A DNA stretch of 64,000 nt, from contig OY760175.1 in NCBI GenBank assembly GCA_963663165.1, positions 576,001-640,000 on the forward strand. The letters are read 5' to 3'. Below are positions 7,919-17,407 of the stretch, piece by piece (position 1 is the stretch's first letter; every line of letters begins with the position of its first letter). The stretch comes from an uncultured Desulfospira sp. Its GTDB lineage: Bacteria > Desulfobacterota > Desulfobacteria > Desulfobacterales > Desulfobacteraceae. The notes under the pieces were generated by a model that saw nothing but the letters and a program-made list of their open reading frames with translations, was not told the DNA's origin and searched no databases. Made by a program: the position numbers and the translations under genes.

Positions 7919-8323
7919 TTATTCCCAGTCTTCAAGAATGAGGCCGGATATCCGGATGAATTCCCGGGTATTATGGGTAACGAGGACCGCATCATGGGCG
8001 CGGGCAATTGCGGCAATAAGCATATCATTGGGGCCGATCAGGTTGCCCTGGGCTGTCAGATCGGCTCTGATAAGACCGTATTCATCCGCACATTGATCAT
8101 CAAAGGGCAGGCTTTGCAAAGGGGCGAAGAACAATCTTAAGGCTTGAAGGTTGGCATCTACCCGGTTGCTGTTTCTTGCACCGAAAAGCAGCTCAGCTTT
8201 AACAATACTACAGACCGCAATTTCGGAAGGGGAGCTGGTGCGAAAATGGTGTTCAACAGATTGAGATGTGCCGTTAAGAAAATTGATGCAGACGTTGGTA
8301 TCCAGAAGAAACATTTTATTCAA
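7919..8323 (-). CDS. vapC: VapC PIN toxin (intact)
   Basis: LLDTNVCI...KAELLFGA...IGPNDMLIAAIA...LVTHNTREF.RI.GL.LEDW. Confidence 0.9.
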   Translation of the reverse strand: MNKMFLLDTNVCINFLNGTSQSVEHHFRTSSPSEIAVCSIVKAELLFGARNSNRVDANLQALRLFFAPLQSLPFDDQCADEYGLIRADLTAQGNLIGPNDMLIAAIARAHDAVLVTHNTREFIRISGLILEDWE

Positions 8324-8540
8324 ACCCTGTTCTTTGTTCTATATCTAATTGATCCGGTCGGACGAGGGGCTCTCCCTGCCATGATCCGGCCAGGTCAAAA
8401 TAATTTTCCGGCCAGTCATTGATGGTCTCTTTTTTTACGAGATAGGCCAAATATTTTGAGGTGGACAATCCGGCCTCCTTGGCTTTTTGTTTAAACAGGA
8501 TCGCCAGATTGTCCGGTATGTAACAGTGTAATTGCGCCAT
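8316..8540 (-). CDS. Antitoxin (ribbon-helix-helix-like)
   Basis: MAQLHCYIPD...KAKEAGLSTSKYL; GGAGGA RBS before ATG at 8540; overlaps vapC start. Confidence 0.75.
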   Translation of the reverse strand: MAQLHCYIPDNLAILFKQKAKEAGLSTSKYLAYLVKKETINDWPENYFDLAGSWQGEPLVRPDQLDIEQRTGFE

Positions 8541-8762
8541 GTATTCCTCCAAATATATTTATTGTATGTGTTTTTTATGGTAATGAAATGTTCAGGGTGT
8601 GTCAAGTCTGGTGAGCATGCTTTTTGTGGCCGTGGTCTGTTAGCGAATTTTGGCTTATTTAATTTGTCGTTCAGGCCGGTGGATTGGCCGTTAGATGGTG
8701 GGCAGCGCTTCGCTTTTGCCCACCCTACGGCGCCAACAATAACTATAAAATATAGATCATAG

Positions 8763-10403
8763 ATGAATCTGTTTACTGTTTTTATCCTGTCGTTGTTTTT
8801 GACCATCGCCCTGGTGCCGGTGTTTAAGCGCCTGGCATTCAGAATGAATATTGTGGATGTGCCCAATGCCCGAAAGGTCCATGCGGTTCCCATGCCCAAG
8901 ACCGGGGGGATATCCATGGCCCTGGGGGCCTTTATCCCCATGCTGCTCTGGCTTCCCCGGGACCCTTTTGTCAGTTCTCTGTTTATCGGGGCCGGCATTA
9001 TTGTTGTTTTCGGGGTGATTGATGATATCAAAACCCTGGGAGCCATACAGAAATTTGTCCCCCAGATTGCCGCCACCGTGATTGTGGTTGTTTTCGGGGG
9101 GGTGAGGTTTACCTGTTTCGGGGATCTGCTGCCCGCATCCTGTACGCTGCCGGCATATCTTTCCATTCCCTTTACCGTGTTTGCCATTCTCGGGGTAACC
9201 AATGCCATTAATTTGGCGGACGGACTGGACGGCCTTGCCGGCGGGATATCCATGCTCAGCTATATTCTGATTGTTTTTCTGGCATTGAACTGCGGCAATC
9301 ATAGTGTGGCCATTATTGCCGTTGCCATGGCAGGCGGGATTGCCGGGTTTTTAAGGTTCAATACCCATCCGGCGGTGTTGTTTATGGGCGATGCCGGCAG
9401 CCAGCTGCTCGGATTCGTTTTGGCCGTGCTGGTGGTGGCCCTGACCCAGGCCAATACGCCGTATGCCAAGATTCTGGGCCTGCCGCTGATCGGGTTTCCG
9501 ATTCTGGACACCCTGACGGTGATGTCCGAACGGGTCATAAAGGGAAAATCTCCCTTTGCAGCCGACAAAAACCATTTTCATCACCGGCTGCTCCGGTTTG
9601 GTTTTTTTCATACCGAAGCCGTACTGCTGATCTATATCACCCAGGCCCTGTTTATGATCATGGCGTTGATCTTCCGGTTTTATTCGGACTGGTTTTCCTT
9701 TTTGGGCTTTGTGTCCCTGTCCCTGTTGATTCTCCTGGTTTTCTTTATAGGGGGCAGGGTGAAGTGGAAATTTCGGAGGGAGGGCACTTTTGACTCCGTG
9801 GTGAAACGGCGGCTGAAAACCCTGAAAGACCAGAAGCTGTTTATCCGGACTTTTTTTGGGGGGATACGGTTTGGGTTTCCCCTGGTATTCGGATGCCAGG
9901 CCCTGGTGCCGGTTAAAATTTCCATGCTGGTTTCTGCAATTGCCGCCGGGTTAATGGCTGCCACCGGTATTACCTATTTTTTTGACTGGTCAAGATACCG
10001 GCCCGTTTTATTGCGATTTTCGGTTTATATTTTGGCGCCGCTGACCTTGTACGCCGCTGAAAACGACGCCGGGATCTGGATGACCGAATTTTGGTTAACC
10101 GTGAATAATCTCGGGTTTATTGCCTTGATTTTATTTGTGATCATGACCATGAACCTGACACGGCGGCGGCAGGGATTCAAGGTAACGCCCATGGATATCC
10201 TGGTGTTTATCGTTATCCTGGTATTTCCCAATTTGCCGTCTGTTCATTTTGAAGCCTACCATGCCGGTATGGTGTTGGCCAAGGTGCTGGTGATTTTGTA
10301 CAGCTATGATGTGTTGATGGGAGAGCTTCGCCATGATACAGAACGGATGGTTTTGCCCATGATGATCGCTTTAGGGGCGTTTGTGGTTCGGGCATTGGTG
10401 TAA
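8763..10403 (+). CDS. MraY/WecA family undecaprenyl-phosphate sugar-1-phosphate transferase with extra C-terminal TM region
   Basis: DVPNARKVH..PMP.TGG, GVIDD, NAINLADGLDGLA, LFMGDAGS, DKNHFHH motifs. Confidence 0.9.
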   Translation: MNLFTVFILSLFLTIALVPVFKRLAFRMNIVDVPNARKVHAVPMPKTGGISMALGAFIPMLLWLPRDPFVSSLFIGAGIIVVFGVIDDIKTLGAIQKFVPQIAATVIVVVFGGVRFTCFGDLLPASCTLPAYLSIPFTVFAILGVTNAINLADGLDGLAGGISMLSYILIVFLALNCGNHSVAIIAVAMAGGIAGFLRFNTHPAVLFMGDAGSQLLGFVLAVLVVALTQANTPYAKILGLPLIGFPILDTLTVMSERVIKGKSPFAADKNHFHHRLLRFGFFHTEAVLLIYITQALFMIMALIFRFYSDWFSFLGFVSLSLLILLVFFIGGRVKWKFRREGTFDSVVKRRLKTLKDQKLFIRTFFGGIRFGFPLVFGCQALVPVKISMLVSAIAAGLMAATGITYFFDWSRYRPVLLRFSVYILAPLTLYAAENDAGIWMTEFWLTVNNLGFIALILFVIMTMNLTRRRQGFKVTPMDILVFIVILVFPNLPSVHFEAYHAGMVLAKVLVILYSYDVLMGELRHDTERMVLPMMIALGAFVVRALV

Positions 10404-10478
10404 GGTTTCAGGCTGAAGGTTTTTAGACTGAAGGTGATTAGATAGGTGGTGGGCACAAACAGCGTGCCCACCCTACGG

Positions 10479-10556
10479 CTCATGCGAAGGCGCAAAGGCA
10501 CAAAGCTTCATTGCATAAGCGTTATTAATCTTTGCGGCTTTGTGTCTTTGTGTGAG
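10479..10556. repeat. Inverted array of 8-mer repeats (GCRCAAAG ... CTTTGYGK)
   Basis: CTCATGCGAAGGCGCAAAGGCACAAAG pairs with CTTTGCGGCTTTGTGTCTTTGTGTGAG. Confidence 0.65.
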
Positions 10557-10605
10557 AACATAAAGATATGATAACTCGTTGATAAAAAACTTAAAGGAGC
10601 ATTTG

Positions 10606-13011
10606 ATGAAGGCTATTCTTTCAAAAAATTCGATTTTTCTTCTTGTCATTATGCTGTTTGTGTCCGTTCTTAACGGCTGCGGCAGCCCCGATGATAAAAA
10701 ACAGGCCTTTCTTGACAAGGGGAACGCATTATTTGAGGAAAAAGATTTTGTAAAAGCCAAGCTTGAATATAAAAATGCCATCCAGATTGACCAGAATTAT
10801 GCCCAGGCATATTTCATGCTGGGCAAAACCGAACTGGAACTTAAGAATTTCAAGCAGGCGTTCGGCATGCTGTCCAAGTCCGTTGAGCTGGCCCCGGACA
10901 ACATTGAGGCCAGAACCATTCTGGGCAAGCTGCTGCTGGCCGGAAGGGCGCCGGACCAGGCCCTGGAACAGGCTGAGGCCATTCTGGCCGTAGATAAGGA
11001 GAACCTGGACGGCAACCTGTTAAAGGCATCGGTCCTTTTTGCCCAAAAAGAGTACCTCCGGGGTGAGGAAATTCTCATGGGCCTGTATAAGTCCGGCGCG
11101 ACCTCGCCTGAATTATACGCCCTGCTGTCTTCCGTGGCCCGCCTTCACCAGGACCCGGAACAAATGCGGGCCTATCTGAGTGAAGGAATTGAAAAGAATC
11201 CGGACAATGTTCCGCTCAGGCTGGGGCTTGCCCAGCTTGAGGCCAATGAAAAGCATTTTGATGCCGTGGAGGAAAATCTCTTGAAGGTGATCGAACTTAA
11301 GCCCGATCAGGTTTCCCACCGGCTTAACCTGGCCAAGCTGTACATTAATCAGAACCAGATGGACAAGGCCGAAGAGCTGTTTAATCAGATTCTGGAACAG
11401 GACAGTGAAGATGAAAAAACCAGGATCAAAATTGCAGCGCTCTGGATCGCGTCTAAAAATCTTGAAAAAGCGGAAAAGCTGATTAAGGACGGATTGAAAT
11501 CCCATTCCGACAGTTTTGAATACCGGCTGTTTCTGGCCGAGGTGTATGCCAAAACCCGGCGGCTTGACGAATCCGAATCCATATTGAAAGAAGCCTTGGG
11601 GCTGAATCCTGATCCGGCAAATCCGGGCATCATCCGGACCAAGGTGGCCCTTTCCAGGGTATGCCTGGCCCGGGCCAAAGTGGCTGAAGGGGAAAAGCTC
11701 ATTGACGAGGTTATTGAGAATGACCCCAAAAATGTGGATGCCCATTTTATCAAGGGCAGAATTTACCTGTCCAGAAAAGACGGCGCCAATGCCGTGCCTG
11801 AGCTGAGGCTGGTCACCGAAGACCGTCCTGAAATGGTTCAGGGCTATTTAAGCCTTGCCCAGGCCCACTTACTGAATAAGGATGTCGATCTGGCCATGAA
11901 TGTCCTGGAAAATGCCCATATCAAACTCCCCAAAGAGGCCGCCCTTCTCAAGGCAATGGCCCGGTTAAACCTGGTTTTGAAAAAACCTGAAGCTGCAGAG
12001 AAAAACCTGCAGGCCGCCATTGAAGCCAACCCGGATAACCTTCAGTCCTACATTGACATGGGCGATTTTTACCTGGCCAGAAAATCATATGACAAGGCCC
12101 TTGCCCAGTACAACCTGGTCAAGGAGAAAAAGCCCGACAATGCAAGGGGATGGCTTAAAGCGGCATCGGTTTACACCGCCCAGGAGGATAACGCCTCCGC
12201 CATCAAAGAGCTCAAAGCCGGCTATGCGGCCAATCCGGATGCGGCATTGATTTTGGCCGGGCTTGCCAACCTGTATATTAAGGAAAAGCATTTTGATGCG
12301 GCCATGAAGCTGTGTACGGACCGGCTGGATAAGAACAACGAAGAAGCCTTTACCTGGAACCTTAAGGGGGGAATTCACCTGGCCAAAAAAGAGTTTGAGC
12401 TGGCCCAGACCGGATTTGAAAAGGCCACTGAACTGGCCCCGGAATGGGGAAAGCCCTATGAGAACCTGGCCCGGATTTATCTGATCCGCGGGCAGAAAGA
12501 TGCGGCCATTGAAAAATTCTCATCTGCCCTGGAAAAAAATCCCAAAAACCGGTCTGCCTGGATGATCCTTGGCAGTATTTATGAAAAAGACAAGGATTAT
12601 GAAAAGGCGGCCCGTACCTATGAAGATGCGTTTAAAAACAATCCGCAGCTGTGGCCGGCAGCCAATAATTTTGCGTTTATCCGGTCTGAATCCGCGGCTT
12701 CGGAACATGACCTGCAATATGCCATGGAGTTTGCAACCAAGGCCGAAGCGCTTAAACCCGGGGCCGGGGTGATTCTGGATACCGTGGGATGGCTTCATTT
12801 TAAACTCGGCGATCTGGACGAAGCCTATGCCAAGGTCAGCCAGGCCCTTGAGGAACATCCGGACAACAATATCATCAATTACCATATGGGAATGATCCTG
12901 GATAAGCAGGGAAAGACCGAAGAGGCAAAAATTTACCTTGAAAAATCCCTGTCGTCTGATAAAGACTTTCTTGGAGCTGAAGACGCCGAAAAACGACTCA
13001 AAGAACTTTAA
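10606..13011 (+). CDS. TPR-repeat lipoprotein (PrsT-like, PEP-CTERM/EPS system)
   Basis: AAGGAG RBS, signal peptide with LNGC lipobox, continuous TPR repeats, C-terminal ILDTVGW...INYHMG. Confidence 0.85.
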   Translation: MKAILSKNSIFLLVIMLFVSVLNGCGSPDDKKQAFLDKGNALFEEKDFVKAKLEYKNAIQIDQNYAQAYFMLGKTELELKNFKQAFGMLSKSVELAPDNIEARTILGKLLLAGRAPDQALEQAEAILAVDKENLDGNLLKASVLFAQKEYLRGEEILMGLYKSGATSPELYALLSSVARLHQDPEQMRAYLSEGIEKNPDNVPLRLGLAQLEANEKHFDAVEENLLKVIELKPDQVSHRLNLAKLYINQNQMDKAEELFNQILEQDSEDEKTRIKIAALWIASKNLEKAEKLIKDGLKSHSDSFEYRLFLAEVYAKTRRLDESESILKEALGLNPDPANPGIIRTKVALSRVCLARAKVAEGEKLIDEVIENDPKNVDAHFIKGRIYLSRKDGANAVPELRLVTEDRPEMVQGYLSLAQAHLLNKDVDLAMNVLENAHIKLPKEAALLKAMARLNLVLKKPEAAEKNLQAAIEANPDNLQSYIDMGDFYLARKSYDKALAQYNLVKEKKPDNARGWLKAASVYTAQEDNASAIKELKAGYAANPDAALILAGLANLYIKEKHFDAAMKLCTDRLDKNNEEAFTWNLKGGIHLAKKEFELAQTGFEKATELAPEWGKPYENLARIYLIRGQKDAAIEKFSSALEKNPKNRSAWMILGSIYEKDKDYEKAARTYEDAFKNNPQLWPAANNFAFIRSESAASEHDLQYAMEFATKAEALKPGAGVILDTVGWLHFKLGDLDEAYAKVSQALEEHPDNNIINYHMGMILDKQGKTEEAKIYLEKSLSSDKDFLGAEDAEKRLKEL

Positions 13012-13061
13012 CATTTAAGACCCAAATAGCGTTAACCTTTAAAATGAATTTCAGGAGGCAT

Positions 13062-13616
13062 ATGAAACTGAAAAAACTAATGTTGGCTTTGGCAGTAATG
13101 GGGATCGCCGCGGTTGTACCGGCGGCCCATGCTCAGGATTACCGGATCGGCCCGGGCGATGTTCTTGAAATCGGTGTCTGGCAGAATCCGGATCTTCAAA
13201 AACAGCTGGCGGTTCTGCCTGACGGAAAAATTCATTTTCCTCTGGTTAAGGAAATTCAGGCGGCGGGGCTGACTGTCACGGAACTTGAAACGGTGTTTAT
13301 GGAGAAACTCGAAAAGTTTATACCGGAACCGGATTTGTCCATCAGCCTTATCCAGGTTAATTCTTACATGGTTTATGTGATCGGCAAGGTAAACCATCCG
13401 GGCCGGTTTCTTTTAAACTCCGATATTGACGTCCTTCAGGCCTTAGCCCTGGCCGGCGGGCTCAATGCCTTTGCCAAGGAAAAGGAAGTGGCTATTTTCC
13501 GGAAAGGGACCCAGGAGACCCAGATCATAAAGTTCAATTATGACGAAGTGTCCACCGGTGAAAATCTTGAACAAAACATCATGCTTCAACGGGGTGATGT
13601 TATTGTGGTCCGATAG
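13062..13616 (+). CDS. Polysaccharide export protein (Wza/Poly_export + SLBB)
   Basis: DYRIGPGDVLEI.VW...VLPDGKIHFPLV...VYVIGKVNHPG; AGGAGG RBS before 13062. Confidence 0.9.
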   Translation: MKLKKLMLALAVMGIAAVVPAAHAQDYRIGPGDVLEIGVWQNPDLQKQLAVLPDGKIHFPLVKEIQAAGLTVTELETVFMEKLEKFIPEPDLSISLIQVNSYMVYVIGKVNHPGRFLLNSDIDVLQALALAGGLNAFAKEKEVAIFRKGTQETQIIKFNYDEVSTGENLEQNIMLQRGDVIVVR

Positions 13617-13624
13617 GAGCGGCC

Positions 13625-14875
13625 ATGGATAGAATCAGGATTCTACCGGTGCTGATCCTTCTGGGCTGCCTGGCGGTGCCTTCATTTGGTCTCCGGGCAG
13701 AGCCGGGAGAGTTTGTTCCTTATCTTTCTGTCCGTCAGGAGTATTCGGATAACATCTATTTTGACAGCAGCGATGAAGAAGAAAGCTACCTGACCACAGC
13801 CACGGGCGGCCTGATTTACGACCATAAGTCCGAACGGGTCACGGCCAAGGTGGACGGCAGGGTCAACCGGCTGATTTATTGGAAACATGATGATCTCAAT
13901 GACACAGAGGGCAGGGCCTTTGCCAGTATTGACTATCTGGTGACGGAACGGGCCGGTATTGGCGGGTCTGTGGAATACCGGCAGGATTCCAGGAAAGACC
14001 AGGACTCCGATGATTCCGGCCTGATGAGAGACAGCTTAGGCGAACAGGAAGTCAAAAAAGGCGATCTTTCGGCCAGCTATATGTTTTCCGAGATCACCCG
14101 GGGCGAAATCAGTGTCGGGTATGAAAACACCACCCTTGAGGATATGGATCAGGATGAAGAAGATGACACCATTTCTGTCAGCCTGGCCCTGACCCGGAAT
14201 ATATCTGAGATTTGGGAAAATACCACGGCGCTGCTGAATTTTTCCTATATGCATTATAGTTCGGATGAGGAGCAGGACATAACCTATATAATTTATCCCG
14301 CCCTCAGCTGCCAGGATTATGAGGCTGATGTATTCCAGCTTTATGCCGGTTTTTCCAGGCAGGCCACAGAGCTGTTTTCTTATTATTTTCAGGTCGGAGT
14401 AAGCTATACCGATTCCACCCAGGAAATTGAATATGTACACCGGGATTACGATGTCACCTTTTATGAGGACGATTACAGTGACGACACCTATGGCACTGTT
14501 CTGATATCGGGTCTGGATTACAAAGGGCTTTATACCGATGCCGGTATCTCCCTGTCCCATGATGTCCGGGGCGGGACCGGAACCACAGGTACGGTTGAGC
14601 GAACCCGCGCGTCAATCAATATCAGCCGCCGGATCACCGAAGATTTCTCCCTTACCCTGGCCACTTCGGTTTCCCTGAATACCAGTGAGCGGGAAATCGG
14701 GTCAGATGTGGACAACCTGACCCTTCATTTCATGCCCGGTTTCCGGTATAAATTTTCGGATACCTGGCTGCTGACCGGCGCATACCGGTATACCAATGAA
14801 GATGACCGTGAGGCGGATGAGACTTCGGAAAGAAATCTTTTTTATTTTACCATCAGAAAAGAGTTTGAACTGTAA
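13625..14875 (+). CDS. Outer-membrane beta-barrel protein of EPS export
   Basis: Signal peptide, EYSDNI motif, alternating beta-strand pattern, position between wza and wzz. Confidence 0.75.
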   Translation: MDRIRILPVLILLGCLAVPSFGLRAEPGEFVPYLSVRQEYSDNIYFDSSDEEESYLTTATGGLIYDHKSERVTAKVDGRVNRLIYWKHDDLNDTEGRAFASIDYLVTERAGIGGSVEYRQDSRKDQDSDDSGLMRDSLGEQEVKKGDLSASYMFSEITRGEISVGYENTTLEDMDQDEEDDTISVSLALTRNISEIWENTTALLNFSYMHYSSDEEQDITYIIYPALSCQDYEADVFQLYAGFSRQATELFSYYFQVGVSYTDSTQEIEYVHRDYDVTFYEDDYSDDTYGTVLISGLDYKGLYTDAGISLSHDVRGGTGTTGTVERTRASINISRRITEDFSLTLATSVSLNTSEREIGSDVDNLTLHFMPGFRYKFSDTWLLTGAYRYTNEDDREADETSERNLFYFTIRKEFEL

Positions 14876-14940
14876 CAGTATTTGATGTAGCAGTTGAAGT
14901 CCAATTACCCATAACTATAAATGTTAATTGAGGCAAATGA

Positions 14941-16548
14941 ATGGAAGAAAATGTTCTATCCCCAAATGATTATCTGGCTATTTTAAATCGGCGCAAGTGG
15001 GCCATTATCATCCCTTTTCTTTTGATTGTGTTGATTGCCGGGGCCTTTGCGCTGCTGCTGCCGCCGATATACAAGTCAACCTCTACCATTTTGATTGAAC
15101 AGCGGGAAATTCCCGCTGAGTATGTTACTTCCAGCATGACCACTTACGCGGAGCAGCGGATTCAGAGCATCAACCAGCGGGTCCTGACATCGGCAAGGCT
15201 CATGGAGTTAATTGAGCAGTTTGACCTTTATCCGGATTTGAAGAAAAAGAAAACCGCGGATGAAATTATTGCCAAAATGCAGGAAGATGTTGTCCTTGAA
15301 CCCATCAATGTTGAGGTGGCGGACCGGCGGTCCGGACGGACGGCCACGGCCACCATTGCTTTCAGCCTTTCCTATGAAGGGGAAGATCCCAAAAAAGTCC
15401 AGCAGGTGGCCAACACCATCACCTCTTTGTTTTTAAAAGAGGACATCAAGGTCAGAAAAGACCAGGCCTCTTCAACGTTTGAGTTTTTAAAAAGTGAAAA
15501 GGAACGGGTGGCCCAGAAAGCCGCTGAGCTTGAAAAGGAAATGGCTGATTTTAAACAGGCCAATGTTCATTCCCTGCCCGAGATTTTCCAGGTGAATATG
15601 CAGACCCTGGATAACCTGCAGCGCAGCATTGATGCCCGCCGGGAGAGCCTGCGAGCTTTGATGGAACAGGAAAGCGAATTTCAGGAACAGCTGGCCAATA
15701 CCCCTGAGGATATTGAAGATGCCATGGCGGACCAGAAACCCAAAGAGGATGATGAACGCCGCCTTGAAGCCCTGAAAATGGAGCTGATTAACCTGAAGAC
15801 AAAATACTCCGATCTGTACCCGGATGTTAAGAAACTCAAACAGGAAATCGAAGACCTGACGGTCAAAGTCGAAACTTCCAAACAGGAAAGAAAAGAAGAA
15901 AAAGAAGCCAGCGGCAGCAATGCCGGCAAGAACCCGGCGTATGTCACCCTTTCCGTTCGCCTGGCCGGTATCCGTTCGGATATTACCTCAACCAAATACA
16001 ATATTCAAAAGCTTGAAGATCAGGCCGATGATTACCGCGAGCGGCTGGCCGCCACCCCCGGGGTTGAAGAAAAATACAATTCGATCTTAACGGAAAAAAG
16101 TTTTCAGACCAGAAAACTTGCCGACCTTCAGGCCAAGATGATGGAAGCCAGGGTGGCTGAAGAACTCGAATCCAAACAGAAAGGTGAGCGGTTCACCCTG
16201 GTTGAATCGGCAAGGCTGCCGGAAAAACCTTATAAACCCAACCGTCTGGCCATTCTGCTGATCGGGGTTGTCCTCGGCCTTGGTGCCGGCGTCGGGCTGG
16301 CCTCTTTGATTGAATTTTCAGATACCTCGTTCAGGGATGCCGAGGCCCTTACCCGGGCTACGGGATTCACCGTGCTGACTGAAGTTCCCCGGATTATCAC
16401 CATAGAAGACAAGTCCAAACGAAATGTCCGCAGGCTTGTGACCATCGGTGTTATTATTGCGGCCATTATTTTGGGGATTTACCTGTTTGATACCTTTGTC
16501 ATGGATCTTGATGTCCTCCAGGCCAAGATCATGCGAAGATTTGCTTAA
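14941..16548 (+). CDS. Polysaccharide chain-length determinant (Wzz/GumC)
   Basis: N-terminal TM, PPIYKSTSTILIE, coiled coil with YSDLYPDV, ARLPEKPYKPNR and C-terminal TMs. Confidence 0.9.
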   Translation: MEENVLSPNDYLAILNRRKWAIIIPFLLIVLIAGAFALLLPPIYKSTSTILIEQREIPAEYVTSSMTTYAEQRIQSINQRVLTSARLMELIEQFDLYPDLKKKKTADEIIAKMQEDVVLEPINVEVADRRSGRTATATIAFSLSYEGEDPKKVQQVANTITSLFLKEDIKVRKDQASSTFEFLKSEKERVAQKAAELEKEMADFKQANVHSLPEIFQVNMQTLDNLQRSIDARRESLRALMEQESEFQEQLANTPEDIEDAMADQKPKEDDERRLEALKMELINLKTKYSDLYPDVKKLKQEIEDLTVKVETSKQERKEEKEASGSNAGKNPAYVTLSVRLAGIRSDITSTKYNIQKLEDQADDYRERLAATPGVEEKYNSILTEKSFQTRKLADLQAKMMEARVAEELESKQKGERFTLVESARLPEKPYKPNRLAILLIGVVLGLGAGVGLASLIEFSDTSFRDAEALTRATGFTVLTEVPRIITIEDKSKRNVRRLVTIGVIIAAIILGIYLFDTFVMDLDVLQAKIMRRFA

Positions 16549-16579
16549 CCGGACCTGGAACTTTGAGGAGATAAACATT

Positions 16580-17401
16580 ATGAAACTAAGAAAAGCGCTT
16601 GATAAGGCTAAAGAAGATAGAGGCGATGTCCAGGCTCCGGAAATGGAACCCCAGGTTCAGACCAGTGCGCCTGCCCCGACGGCAGGCCCTGCCGTCCCCC
16701 AGAAAAACGGTGACGCCTGGAAATCGCCGACCTATTCGGATTCCATTCAACACCGGATTGACCTTGGGGTGGTGGAAAAAAACCGCGGGGTCAGCATTAA
16801 TCCGGATTCCAAAGAGATTGAACGGTATAAGATCTTAAGGACCCGGATCCATCATCAGGCCAAGAACCGGAAACTGAATACCATCATGGTTACCAGTCCC
16901 CACCCCAATGAGGGGAAAACCGTGACCACCATCAACATGGGGCTGGCCTTTGCCAAGGATTTAAAGCAGACCGTCCTTCTGGTGGACTGTGATTTCAAAG
17001 GCCAGGATATTCATAAATACTTAGGGATTGAGAGCAAGTACAGTCTTATAGATTATTTTCTGGATGATGTGCCCATGAACCGGCTGATCATCTGGCCGGG
17101 GATTGATAAACTGACCCTGATTTCAGGGGACCGGACAGTCCAGGATTCTTCCGAGCTGCTGTCTTCTGAAATGATGGAATCCCTGGTCAAAGAAATGGGG
17201 GATCGGTATGATGACCGGTATGTGTTTTTTGATGCGCCGCCGGTGCTGGAACGTTCAGAAGCCATTTCATTGGCCCCCATGATGGACGGGATCATCATGG
17301 TTGTTGAAGCGGGACAGACCTCCAAAAAGGATGTCAACAAAGCCCTTTCCATGATCCCTCAAGACAAATTGCTTGGGTTCGTTTTAAACAAGCAGGAATA
17401 A
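16580..17401 (+). CDS. Polysaccharide biosynthesis tyrosine autokinase (CpsD/CapB family)
   Basis: ERYKILRT, TSPHPNEGKT Walker A, LLVDCD, FFDAPP; GAGGAG RBS before 16580. Confidence 0.88.
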   Translation: MKLRKALDKAKEDRGDVQAPEMEPQVQTSAPAPTAGPAVPQKNGDAWKSPTYSDSIQHRIDLGVVEKNRGVSINPDSKEIERYKILRTRIHHQAKNRKLNTIMVTSPHPNEGKTVTTINMGLAFAKDLKQTVLLVDCDFKGQDIHKYLGIESKYSLIDYFLDDVPMNRLIIWPGIDKLTLISGDRTVQDSSELLSSEMMESLVKEMGDRYDDRYVFFDAPPVLERSEAISLAPMMDGIIMVVEAGQTSKKDVNKALSMIPQDKLLGFVLNKQE

Positions 17402-17407
17402 CATCCC

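Noticed and set aside
3417..8760. Classical integron or prophage explanation for the TA array
   Set aside because: No tyrosine or serine recombinase or phage gene in the window, and I could not find RYYYAAC...GTTRRRY attC structures at the gene ends by eye.
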